Source: Pseudomonadales bacterium
GTDB taxonomy: Bacteria > Pseudomonadota > Gammaproteobacteria > Pseudomonadales > Azotimanducaceae
DNA: 64,000 nt
Reading direction: 5' to 3'
NCBI GenBank assembly: GCA_011525295.1
Contig: WTGV01000043.1
Location: 1,593 to 65,592, forward strand
Part shown: piece after piece, positions 1-9,115 of the stretch
Layout of the letters: every line of letters begins with the position of its first letter
How positions within the stretch are numbered: the stretch's first letter is position 1
Notes under the pieces: generated by a model
The model's input: only the letters and a program-made list of their open reading frames with translations
What the model was told of the DNA's origin: nothing
The model's database searches: none
Translations under genes and position numbers: made by a program

Positions 1-879
1 ACCGAGGTAGCAATCTATGAAATCGGTACAAACCATCCAGGAGAAATCGCGCCACTGAGCGCGTTGGCACAACCCGATGTTGTGGTTGTATTAAATGTCC
101 TTCCGGTGCATATCGGGCACTTCAAAGATCTTGATGCATTGGAAAGGGAAAAGTTCTCAATCACCGATGGACTGTCTGACTCAGGTTGTGTAGTGCTCCC
201 ATACACATTGAAAGATTCGAACTACATCGACAAACACTTGCGAATGGTCACTTTTGGATTTGAAGAAAAAGCAGAGGTATCGATCAAGTATATGCGAGAC
301 AACTGGTACGAATTTACTCACGGAAATGATAGCGTGAAAGTTGTAGTGCCCGGTGGTGGCAATCATCGCGCTGAAAGCGTCGCTGCGTGCGGTGCAGTTT
401 TGACATCACTTGGGCAGAGTTTGGAGTGTTTGCAACGATTAGAGACGACATTGCCAGAAGGTCGAGGAAACAGTATTGAAATTAACGAAGTGACAATTAT
501 CGACGATAGTTACAACGCTAATCCAACCAGTATGATTGCTGCGTTGAGGGAACTTCGCAAGCGACCGGCTAACGGGCGCAGGATCGCTGTCCTCGCGCAG
601 ATGAATGAATTGGGAACTCATGCTCAAAAATTGCACGAAAGCATAGCACCCGAAATCGGTGATATCGACGTTTTGTATTGCGTTGGAAGTCTTATGCGAC
701 ACCTCTACGAAGTAGTGGATACTCCCAAAGAAAAGTACTTCTACGAACTTGTCTGTGCTGAGCTCCTTGACCATCTGGTGTGCACATTGAACCAAAACGA
801 TATTGTTTTAGTAAAAGGTTCAAATAGCTTCTTTTGGCAAGCTAACTTCGTGCAAAAACTCCGAAAATCACTAACATAA
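1..879 (+). CDS. murF: Mur ligase family, MurF-like (UDP-MurNAc-tripeptide--D-Ala-D-Ala ligase); 5' end lies outside the window
   Basis: Frame 1 is open from base 1 (TEVAIYEIGTNHPGEIAPLS...), so the ORF-track TTG at 64 is internal. EIGTNHPGEI, IDDSYNANPTSMIAAL and VLVKGS match the MurF central and C-terminal domains. Two usually conserved spots differ: GDMxELG is AQMNELG and KGSR is KGSN. Confidence 0.6.
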   Translation, partial: TEVAIYEIGTNHPGEIAPLSALAQPDVVVVLNVLPVHIGHFKDLDALEREKFSITDGLSDSGCVVLPYTLKDSNYIDKHLRMVTFGFEEKAEVSIKYMRDNWYEFTHGNDSVKVVVPGGGNHRAESVAACGAVLTSLGQSLECLQRLETTLPEGRGNSIEINEVTIIDDSYNANPTSMIAALRELRKRPANGRRIAVLAQMNELGTHAQKLHESIAPEIGDIDVLYCVGSLMRHLYEVVDTPKEKYFYELVCAELLDHLVCTLNQNDIVLVKGSNSFFWQANFVQKLRKSLT

Positions 880-926
880 TTCGATCTCGAAACAACAAAT
901 TCAATCCACAAATTGAGACTGATTAA

Positions 927-1862
927 TTGACTAACAATATTTCAACCCATAGCGTGACTTTTGAGGAAACCCGCAAGAAGTTCGGAACACTTGTTGCACT
1001 TGACCGTCTCAGCTTACAGATACCAAGGGGTAGCGTGTACGGATTCATCGGTCCCAATGGAGCAGGCAAGACCACTGCGATGCGCATTCTCGTTGGGATT
1101 AGTAAACCTACCTCTGGCACCATAAAGGTGTTCGATGCGGATGACGTTAAAGACGTACGGCACCTCATCGGTTACCTTCCTGAAGAAAAGGGGTTATACA
1201 AGCGCATGCGCGTCATCGACTACATTGTTTACTTTGGTCGCCTCAACGGTATGCGCAAAAAAGACGCGATAACAAAAGCAAAAGCGTTGCTCAGTGAGTT
1301 TCAGCTATTGGAGTGGGAAAAAGAAAAGTGTCAAGCACTTTCCAAAGGTATGGGGCAGAAGGTCCAGCTTATGGCAACTTTGGTACACGATCCCATACTC
1401 ATGGTACTAGACGAACCGTTCAGCGGATTAGATCCAGTGAACGTCGAAGTAGTTCGCTCTATTATCTTGAATAAAGTTAAAGAAAACTCAACGGTCATTC
1501 TGTCCACCCACATTATGGAACAAGCAGAGTCTCTTTGTGACGCAGTGGTTTTGATCAATAAGGGAAAAGCAGTGCTTGAAGGGCCGATTGATGAAATTCG
1601 CAAAGGCGATGTTGTGTCCGTCGATCACGATGGTGATGTCTCCGTATTTGATGGATTACAAGGTATAGTTTCAGTAAAACAGATCGGTCGTGCAGCAACA
1701 CTTCAAGTCGATCCCGAATTTGACCTACAGACTCTACTAAAAACAATTTTTGAACGTACCAAAGTGACACAATTCAACGCTAATTCTGCGTCATTACACG
1801 AGATCTTCATACGAGAAGTAGGAGGCTCCAAAGCTTCGTCCGAGACAACCGCTGATGCTTAA
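927..1862 (+). CDS. ABC transporter ATP-binding protein, ABC-2/NatA-like
   Basis: Walker A GPNGAGKTT, signature LSKGMGQKVQL, Walker B LMVLDEPFSGLDP, H-loop LSTHIM. The stop overlaps the next start by 8 nt. Confidence 0.9.
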   Translation: MTNNISTHSVTFEETRKKFGTLVALDRLSLQIPRGSVYGFIGPNGAGKTTAMRILVGISKPTSGTIKVFDADDVKDVRHLIGYLPEEKGLYKRMRVIDYIVYFGRLNGMRKKDAITKAKALLSEFQLLEWEKEKCQALSKGMGQKVQLMATLVHDPILMVLDEPFSGLDPVNVEVVRSIILNKVKENSTVILSTHIMEQAESLCDAVVLINKGKAVLEGPIDEIRKGDVVSVDHDGDVSVFDGLQGIVSVKQIGRAATLQVDPEFDLQTLLKTIFERTKVTQFNANSASLHEIFIREVGGSKASSETTADA

Positions 1863-3444
1863 CCGTTTGTACTCGGTTTGGCTCATTGCACAGCGCGATT
1901 GGTTAGAAGCAACGTCGACCAAAATGTTTTGGTTAGGGGCGTTGCTCATGCCTGTAATTACCTTGATTTTGGCCATCTTTGGGATGTTTGCGGCGACTTT
2001 AATCGGTACTTCGGTAACGGTTGGTTCTTACTACGTTGTCGATCATAGTGATGGTCTTGGACTAGAAATTCGAAATGAAATCCTACGAACAGACATAACA
2101 AATTTCTTAAATGTAATCTCTAAACGCCAACCAGTATCCGAAGACGAAGAAATCTTAACTGAGATTCGCGAAGCGACTCAAACAACGGCATTACCTGATC
2201 TTGTTAATACCTGTATGGAGTTGCTTGAACATCCGCAACCAGACCTAACGACCATCACAAGAGACACGCTGGCGGGGAGATTCAGCATTTGGTGGGAGAA
2301 CAACAAAGATCTAATCGTAGAACTTGCACCCGAAGTCTCGTTTGCTAGATACGAGGAAATTCTCACTCCAAACCTGACAGAACAAGAGCTAATTTCTAGA
2401 CTCAAACGAGAACAAATCTTAGGTTATTTCATAATCCCCGAAGGTTTTATTAACTCCAATGAGAATGCGAAATTCGTCACTGAAAGCATTCTTAAACAAG
2501 ATCTCTCAAATTGGTATGAGAGTTTTGCCACTCGTGTGATTCAGAATAAAAAATTTGCGGAGTCGGATATAAGTCGTGAAACCGCCCTTTGGCTGTTACA
2601 ACGAGCGTCATTTCAAACAAGCAAGGCGGTTGAACCGCCTCGAGATTCTGCCGGTCGCACTAGTTCGACTCCTGTTTCTGCAGGCGATGCGACGAAGGAG
2701 GTGACTGTTTGGGAAACAGTCGGAGAATTTGCGCCAGCTGTATATCAATACATTTTGTGGTTCTTAGTTTTCATCGGCGCTACTATTTTGATGACCAATA
2801 CAGTAGAAGAAAAATCAACGAAGCTAGTTGAAGTGTTGCTGTCGGATCTAGATTCAGTTCAACTAATGGATGGTAAATTGTTAGGTTCGGCACTCACGTT
2901 GCTCACGGTCGTCGGCCTTTGGATCTTTTTAATTTCACTACCCATCATACTGGGCTCCAATGTCGCCGTATCCTTCCTCCCGCAGGTTGGTGAATTTTTA
3001 CAGAGTGGTGCTCTGAGTTCCATTTTTAACCCACTATTTGTCATCAATTTTGTGATTTTCTTCATACTTGGCTTTGCGTTCTACGGATATTCGTTGTCTG
3101 CGCTTGGTTCAGTTTGTTCGAACATCAGAGAAGCGCAAATGATGGCGACTCCAATAAATTTAGTAGCAATCGTTCCTTTGATTCTCATGGTTCCTATCGC
3201 GTTAGACAAATCAGGTACATTACCAACAATAATGTCGTATATACCGCCATTCACGCCGTTTGTCATGATGAACATAGTAGCTGAAGTAGCTTGGACCAAC
3301 TATTTGTTGATTCTCGTGTGGATGACTGCGTGTACGCTGGGAGTGCGATGGCTAGCGAAGAAGATTTATACCAAAGGAATCTTACTGGAAAACAAACCTG
3401 CCGGAATCAAAGGCCTAGTCAGATTGGTAGGCGGTACTAATTGA
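1855..3444 (+). CDS. ABC-2 type permease, NatB/YhaP-like (paralogue 1 of 3)
   Basis: N-terminal TM (FWLGALLMPVITLILAIF), then a hydrophilic domain of about 280 aa, then a C-terminal multi-TM block. Family-typical motif VEEKSTKLVEVLLSDLDSVQLMDGKLLG. Translationally coupled to the ATPase. Confidence 0.8.
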   Translation: MLNRLYSVWLIAQRDWLEATSTKMFWLGALLMPVITLILAIFGMFAATLIGTSVTVGSYYVVDHSDGLGLEIRNEILRTDITNFLNVISKRQPVSEDEEILTEIREATQTTALPDLVNTCMELLEHPQPDLTTITRDTLAGRFSIWWENNKDLIVELAPEVSFARYEEILTPNLTEQELISRLKREQILGYFIIPEGFINSNENAKFVTESILKQDLSNWYESFATRVIQNKKFAESDISRETALWLLQRASFQTSKAVEPPRDSAGRTSSTPVSAGDATKEVTVWETVGEFAPAVYQYILWFLVFIGATILMTNTVEEKSTKLVEVLLSDLDSVQLMDGKLLGSALTLLTVVGLWIFLISLPIILGSNVAVSFLPQVGEFLQSGALSSIFNPLFVINFVIFFILGFAFYGYSLSALGSVCSNIREAQMMATPINLVAIVPLILMVPIALDKSGTLPTIMSYIPPFTPFVMMNIVAEVAWTNYLLILVWMTACTLGVRWLAKKIYTKGILLENKPAGIKGLVRLVGGTN

Positions 3445-3608
3445 TAGCGCAACCCTGAGTTGTCGATGGACAGAGTGTGTGCGAGTTTTTCGAGCGGTTG
3501 AACAATCGTCTTACGATGAAGACTATGGTTCACGTTGGAAAACAACTACCGTATGAAGACGTCTGAACAGATTGTCCTTCCCCTTGACAAAAAATTAAAT
3601 TTATTTAG

Positions 3609-5156
3609 TTGAGTTCAGCGATTAGAAACAGTAGCTCCAACCTCCAACATCTCCGTGGAATATGGACTGTGGCTCATCGAGAGATCGTTGCGATGCTTCA
3701 AACGAAGTCATACTGGCTCGGTTGTCTTTTCTTTCCAGTGTTTTTATCTATCTTGCTGTTCCTTTTTTGGATCTCTGTTGTCTCACTTAATCACAGTGTT
3801 GAAGATCTCGACATGAATTCCTACCCAATGTTTGATTACTCGTATCAGTTTGATCAAATTCGCAGTTTTGTTTGGGGAGATCCGATGCACTATTACGTTG
3901 TCGACCATAGTGATCATCAGATGGTCGAGGCAGTACGTCTTGCTAAGATAAAAAGGGATTATGAAGCGTGGTATGGCAATTCACGCCGCGCGCCTGGCAT
4001 TGAGGTATTCCAGGAACGCCTATCAAGTGATGCTGATTTGGGGCTAGAACACTTACTTCAGTACCGAAAGTTTCGCGAGATTCAAGAACCAGATGTATCC
4101 ATTGAGACTCTCCAATCTTGGATTGAAACAGGAAAAATCGTCGGTTATTTCGTCATCCCGAAAGAAGTCTTGACTTCTAACCCAAGTGCGCTGTTCGTTC
4201 GTCCAAGTGGGGGAAGCAATGCTCATACGAAAAAGTTAGATGAACTAGAAGTGTGGTTCGAAGACTTGGTTTCTAGTGTTCGCTCAGACAAGTTACTCGC
4301 AACAGGCAACTTGGAGATCGAACAGCGGCAACAACTACAAGCATCATTACAGGTAGCCATCGATCGGGTAGCCTTACGTCCAAGTACGGATGTCGGAACA
4401 CCTACTAATGCCAAAAATCGTCCCACATTGCAGCTTCCTATAGCTAATTGGGTGAAGTCGGCGACTATTCCTTTTATTTATCTGTTCATCCTAATATCTG
4501 GAACAACGGCAAATGTGATGGTTACGAGCACTCTTGAAGAAAAGTCGAACCGTGTGGCTGAAATGCTCGCTGCGAGGCTGAACCCAAGTCAAATCTTGGA
4601 TGGGAAGCTTCTTGGAAACTGCGTAGTAATGTCAATTGGAATAGGGTGCGGATGCGTCCTCATAGGACCTCCACTTGTACTGTTGCTTGGTAGCTTGTCT
4701 GGACCGGAGATGAACATAACCGCAACGGTATTACACTTGAGTAAATTGTCTACTTGGTTGTTATTCCTCTTTTTTGGAGTCGCTTTTTTTGGGTACATCC
4801 AAACAGCTCTAGGCTCATTGTGTGACGATGTGAAAGAGTTGTTTACCGTCATTTATCCAATATCGATGATTCAATTATTTTGTGTGATTCCTTCGGTTGT
4901 CTATGTCTTGTTCACTCCCGATGGTCGTGTAACGCAAGTATTGAGCTTCATACCGTTTTTGACACCGAGCGTCATGGTGAGTCGCTTAGCTTTTCTACCG
5001 ACTTGGCCAATGTACCTAGCGATTGTGCTGGTGATGGTTCTGAGCATTATTGCGATACGAAAGTTTTCAACCTCGTTATTTGCACATGGAATGGTGTCTG
5101 AGCGAGCACCGCGGGGCATGAGCATGGTTTTTCGTCTTGCACGTCGACCTGTTTAG
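3609..5156 (+). CDS. ABC-2 type permease, NatB/YhaP-like (paralogue 2 of 3)
   Basis: Same architecture as paralogue 1. Motif LEEKSNRVAEMLAARLNPSQILDGKLLG. Shares YYVVDHSD and IVGYFVIP with paralogue 1. TTG start, so the start is uncertain. Confidence 0.75.
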   Translation: MSSAIRNSSSNLQHLRGIWTVAHREIVAMLQTKSYWLGCLFFPVFLSILLFLFWISVVSLNHSVEDLDMNSYPMFDYSYQFDQIRSFVWGDPMHYYVVDHSDHQMVEAVRLAKIKRDYEAWYGNSRRAPGIEVFQERLSSDADLGLEHLLQYRKFREIQEPDVSIETLQSWIETGKIVGYFVIPKEVLTSNPSALFVRPSGGSNAHTKKLDELEVWFEDLVSSVRSDKLLATGNLEIEQRQQLQASLQVAIDRVALRPSTDVGTPTNAKNRPTLQLPIANWVKSATIPFIYLFILISGTTANVMVTSTLEEKSNRVAEMLAARLNPSQILDGKLLGNCVVMSIGIGCGCVLIGPPLVLLLGSLSGPEMNITATVLHLSKLSTWLLFLFFGVAFFGYIQTALGSLCDDVKELFTVIYPISMIQLFCVIPSVVYVLFTPDGRVTQVLSFIPFLTPSVMVSRLAFLPTWPMYLAIVLVMVLSIIAIRKFSTSLFAHGMVSERAPRGMSMVFRLARRPV

Positions 5157-5225
5157 CTACAAATTTGGACATTTATTTCTTCGCAGAGCAATTGAACAGA
5201 AGAGACCAAACAATCTAGACCTCAG

Positions 5226-6902
5226 ATGAGAAAGAATAGTCTAAAAACTGTGTGGGTCGTGATGTTGAACGAATGGTCTATGACCACGTTGAACCCGAGT
5301 TTCTGGATAGTTTCTTGCGCTACGCCGACAATTCTCTTCGTGATGTATTTTCTCTTCCAATGGTTTCTTGGTGAGGATCCTAGAGAGACTTGGATTAACG
5401 AAGATGCTGTCAAGAACTGGGAGTTCTTGCTGGGAGAAGAGGAGCTAGATCAGAATACTCGATCACCAAGAGTGTTGAGTTATGGGGTACTCGATCCGAG
5501 CGAGTCATTCTCCGCCGAAATCCGAGGAGAAATAATTAACAATAACAGCTATCTATTTCTCAAATCGACTCTAGGTATGAGCGCGGAAGATTTTGAAGCC
5601 TTCAGTGATGTACATAGCGATAAGCACACACCGTTAGTGCAAGAACTGGCCATGTTGCGGCAGCATTTTGCTTCAATGTCGACAAATATGCTTGTTGACC
5701 AATTACTGACCAGAGTTGAATTAAGCGAAGAAGTATCACATGTTGTTGAAGTCTCAATTTTCCATAAACGCGTTAAGCTTTGGGTGGTGCATAACCAAGA
5801 CGAAGTTGTCGAGTCTATACCCAATCTAACGTCAAATCTGTTTCGAGAGATACTTCCGTTAGATAGCACTCACTCTGAAGACAGTCTCGAATCAATGCTC
5901 TCACGTAGCGAAATCATCGGATACTTTGTCTTCCCCGAGAGCATTAGTAATGACTTGGACCATTTGCACTTCGTCACAACAGTGAAAACACCACGAAGTG
6001 AATTCATTGATCTCTTAAACTGGTATCGTAGCGTCGCTACGGACGTGCTCAGAAAGCGCCGATATGAGACTGAAAACATTGACTCTAACACTCAAGCATT
6101 GCTGTTGCAACGAGTCGACTTTGTTCCTACCGACATTGACGTCTCACCAACGAGGTCTCAGATAAAGACGGATCGCTTTGTACGAATTCTTTTCCTCGGG
6201 TTGGCGTTTCTAATGTATCTTGTATCTTTCGGAGGATCTGCTCGTCTGGTCGCAAATGTAGTAGACGAAAAATCGAGCAAATTAGTGGACAACCTGTTGG
6301 CAAATCTTAGTCCTTCACATTTACTGGACGGCAAACTGTGGGGAACAGCTATGATTTCGCTAACAGTAATGGGGTTCTGGGTATTGTTGATCCCCATTCT
6401 TGCGTTTGTAACAGGCCGTTTAGACTTCAATGTAAATCTCGACATTTTCAGCGTGTTATTGCAGCCGACTGTCGTGTTCAATTTCATTCTTTTCCTACTA
6501 TTAGCATACGCTTTTTATGGGTACTTATTTGTTGGTTTGGCTTCGTTGTATAGTAAATTAAGTAATGCAATCAATACGTTTGTAGGCATAGGATTGGGTA
6601 TTGGATTTCTCTTTGTGTTCCCATCCCTCATGGTGATGTTTTTCAACCCGTTCGTGTGGCTACAAAATCTACTGAGTTTTATTCCAGTTATGTCTCCTTT
6701 TGTTATGGTTGCTCGATCTGGGACATTACCTGGATGGGGAGTGTATTGCACTATCGTGTGTATATTGGTTTTGAGCATATTTGCTTCTCGCGCACTGTCA
6801 AGCCTCATGTTCAAACGAGGAATATCGAGCGAAGTTAGAGTCAAACCCGTGAAATACCGAGCGACTAAACACTACGTTAAGCCGCGATCTTGGCGTTCGT
6901 GA
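5226..6902 (+). CDS. ABC-2 type permease, NatB/YhaP-like (paralogue 3 of 3)
   Basis: Same architecture. Motif VDEKSSKLVDNLLANLSPSHLLDGKLWG and IIGYFVFPES. It has the largest extracytoplasmic domain of the three (558 aa total). Confidence 0.75.
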   Translation: MRKNSLKTVWVVMLNEWSMTTLNPSFWIVSCATPTILFVMYFLFQWFLGEDPRETWINEDAVKNWEFLLGEEELDQNTRSPRVLSYGVLDPSESFSAEIRGEIINNNSYLFLKSTLGMSAEDFEAFSDVHSDKHTPLVQELAMLRQHFASMSTNMLVDQLLTRVELSEEVSHVVEVSIFHKRVKLWVVHNQDEVVESIPNLTSNLFREILPLDSTHSEDSLESMLSRSEIIGYFVFPESISNDLDHLHFVTTVKTPRSEFIDLLNWYRSVATDVLRKRRYETENIDSNTQALLLQRVDFVPTDIDVSPTRSQIKTDRFVRILFLGLAFLMYLVSFGGSARLVANVVDEKSSKLVDNLLANLSPSHLLDGKLWGTAMISLTVMGFWVLLIPILAFVTGRLDFNVNLDIFSVLLQPTVVFNFILFLLLAYAFYGYLFVGLASLYSKLSNAINTFVGIGLGIGFLFVFPSLMVMFFNPFVWLQNLLSFIPVMSPFVMVARSGTLPGWGVYCTIVCILVLSIFASRALSSLMFKRGISSEVRVKPVKYRATKHYVKPRSWRS

Positions 6903-7056
6903 TTGGACGACCTAGTGTGGATTGAACTAGACGAGAGCAAGAACGTGCTTGGCGAAAGTAATGAAATTGAGAAAGAGGGTATAACAGACGTAGACGAACA
7001 GTTGCTACTAGGTCCGCAACCGAAGTAAGATTAGGCTGAGTACCTAGTATTCGCTA

Positions 7057-7551
7057 TTATTCTTCTACTGCTTCTGATTGATCCGATTCTTGGGTATCAG
7101 ATGAATCTGGGGATTCTCCATCATCCTCACTCGGTTCATCTTCGCTCTCTGAAGATTGCAAACCTGACTGCGAAAGTGGTGTGAATGCTACCTGTTTCAG
7201 TTGCGCTCGACGAACTCTTTGAGTCTTCTGTTTGCTGCTAGTGCCATAATAAGTGGTAAGGTAATCGAGAACCTTACTCTCATTGTCACCTAAGTCCCAC
7301 AAATTTTCCTGATCCTGCATACGCTTGATCGCCTTTGACCAATTCTCTCGGTCGAGTTGTTGCTGAGTCAACAGTCGCTCCGAATGACACACGTTGCAAT
7401 AAGCTTTGATGAGCTGCCAATTTCCTTCGGCGTCGATGCGTAAACCAGATTTTGGGTCTATCTCGACGGCTTCTTCGTTAGCTAGACAGAAAACTGCCAG
7501 CCCTACTAAAAAGATGCTAGCTAACGTAAATCGCGACGCGATGGCACGCAT
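7057..7551 (-). CDS. mono-haem c-type cytochrome, SoxD/SorB-like partner of the adjacent Moco enzyme
   Basis: Signal peptide MRAIASRFTLASIFLVGLAVFCLA and a single CNVCH haem-c motif. The C-terminal tail is rich in Ser/Asp/Glu. The start lies 35 nt inside the upstream gene. Confidence 0.7.
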   Translation of the reverse strand: MRAIASRFTLASIFLVGLAVFCLANEEAVEIDPKSGLRIDAEGNWQLIKAYCNVCHSERLLTQQQLDRENWSKAIKRMQDQENLWDLGDNESKVLDYLTTYYGTSSKQKTQRVRRAQLKQVAFTPLSQSGLQSSESEDEPSEDDGESPDSSDTQESDQSEAVEE

Positions 7552-8821
7552 TGTTCAAATATCCTTTTGGATTCCAATTCGGTAGCACCATTGGTTGGGA
7601 ATGACCCTGATCGTCTTCAGCGCGAGCCCATACTTCGTAATACCCTGTAGTGGGAAATTTAATGCTGTGATCCCAATGTTGCCACGCTAATCGATTAACA
7701 GCGGGTTTCAGGTTTGCTTCTGACCATGTCTGTCCAAAATCGATAGATACATTCAAACTTCGAACTGAATTGTCTCCAGCCCAGGCATGTCCGCGAACTT
7801 TGAGAGTGTCATTCGCACCAATCTGCACTCCGGTTTTTGGAAAGGTGATTAATGACTTGACCGGCATGGCATGAATGATGCGCATGTCCTCGTCGGCTAC
7901 TGTCGTACCTGGTGCAACTGGTGTGCGAGGTACGCGATAAGATGGACTTTCCATTTTTGGCCCATCGTGTACCTTATTTCGTATAGTCACTCGTTTCAAC
8001 CATTTCCCCGAAACAGAACCGGGCCAACCACCAAATACCAATCTTAAAGGATGACCATTCATCGGATGTAGGTCGTCGCCATTCATGCCCCACACAATCA
8101 TCGACTCGTCGTCCAGAGCTTTGTCGATTGGAACTCCGCGAGAGATCGTTACACGTTCAGAATCTCCACTCATGTGGGTATCTGCACCGTAGAAAGCCAC
8201 GTAGACTGCGTCCTGATTGTGACCTACGTCTTCTAAAACATCTTTTAGACGGACGCCATTCCATTGAGGGCATCCTACAGCACCAAGAGACCATTGGTTG
8301 CCTGAAACTGGAGGATCAAATTCCGCGCGCCCATTTCCTCCGCATTCAAGCACAAGTTGCCGACTAATATTTTCAAAACGCTGTTTTAAATTAGCAATCG
8401 TGTACGTCTTGTAAGACCCAACCGATTCCCCTTCAAACGTCAATGACCACGTACTTGGGTTCACGTTCTCCGGAGGTTCACCGTAATTTCGAATAAACAA
8501 GCGATTGGCTGGGGTTATGTCATCGTTTAGTAAATGGGGTGGAGTCTCTGCGTTGACAGGACGATCATTGAGCAATATCAACCCATCCTTGCCTTCAATT
8601 TGGAAAGCAGCATCAGAATTGGAGTGAGACGCGGGAATGATCCCTTGCGGTGCCGCATGTGCGAATGGTACTCTTGCACCCACTATCGCGCTAAAGGCAG
8701 CTAATCCTGAAACAAATCCTCGACGGGTCACACGATCGGTACGACGACCCCATACCTCCCAATCCGCTCTTTCTGGATCCTGCGCAAATGTCTCGTGGAT
8801 GCCACGTTCTCTCTTCTTCAT
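7517..8821 (-). CDS. sulfite-oxidase-family molybdopterin oxidoreductase (SoxC/SorA-like), Tat-exported
   Basis: Twin-arginine motif TRRGFVSGLAAF. Mo-ligand Cys motif VLECGGNGR. Its 434 aa is typical of SoxC/SorA-type sulfite dehydrogenases. Confidence 0.8.
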   Translation of the reverse strand: MKKRERGIHETFAQDPERADWEVWGRRTDRVTRRGFVSGLAAFSAIVGARVPFAHAAPQGIIPASHSNSDAAFQIEGKDGLILLNDRPVNAETPPHLLNDDITPANRLFIRNYGEPPENVNPSTWSLTFEGESVGSYKTYTIANLKQRFENISRQLVLECGGNGRAEFDPPVSGNQWSLGAVGCPQWNGVRLKDVLEDVGHNQDAVYVAFYGADTHMSGDSERVTISRGVPIDKALDDESMIVWGMNGDDLHPMNGHPLRLVFGGWPGSVSGKWLKRVTIRNKVHDGPKMESPSYRVPRTPVAPGTTVADEDMRIIHAMPVKSLITFPKTGVQIGANDTLKVRGHAWAGDNSVRSLNVSIDFGQTWSEANLKPAVNRLAWQHWDHSIKFPTTGYYEVWARAEDDQGHSQPMVLPNWNPKGYLNNACHRVAIYVS

Positions 8822-9115
8822 CGTGTTGAATCTATCAGTCTGAACATTTGTTGTCTCTTACTGGTACCAAAAGGCTCTCGAATCCGTGGTACAAGTATTT
8901 ATGCAAATCATTCTAAGTAAAGCCTTCTAATCCTGTTCGGGTTAGGTATTTCATTGATTCCAACAACCACTATTACGACCAAGAGGGCCAACACGGAAGA
9001 TCAGTTTACGCCTTCGATGGGTGAACGAAGCCAGTTAAGAGTATTTGCAATAATAGCAATAGCAACGTATCATTAAAATTTTGCTCAAACTTTGACTCCT
9101 ATCCAGTAATTTCAA

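Noticed and set aside
8822-9115. A search for a Moco riboswitch upstream of moaA or of the sigma-r4-like gene.
   Set aside because: moaA has only a 19-nt leader. In the 294-nt region before 9116 I found only small hairpins (for example CTAATCC...GGGTTAG) and none of the conserved Moco-motif elements I remember. This needs cmscan to be sure.
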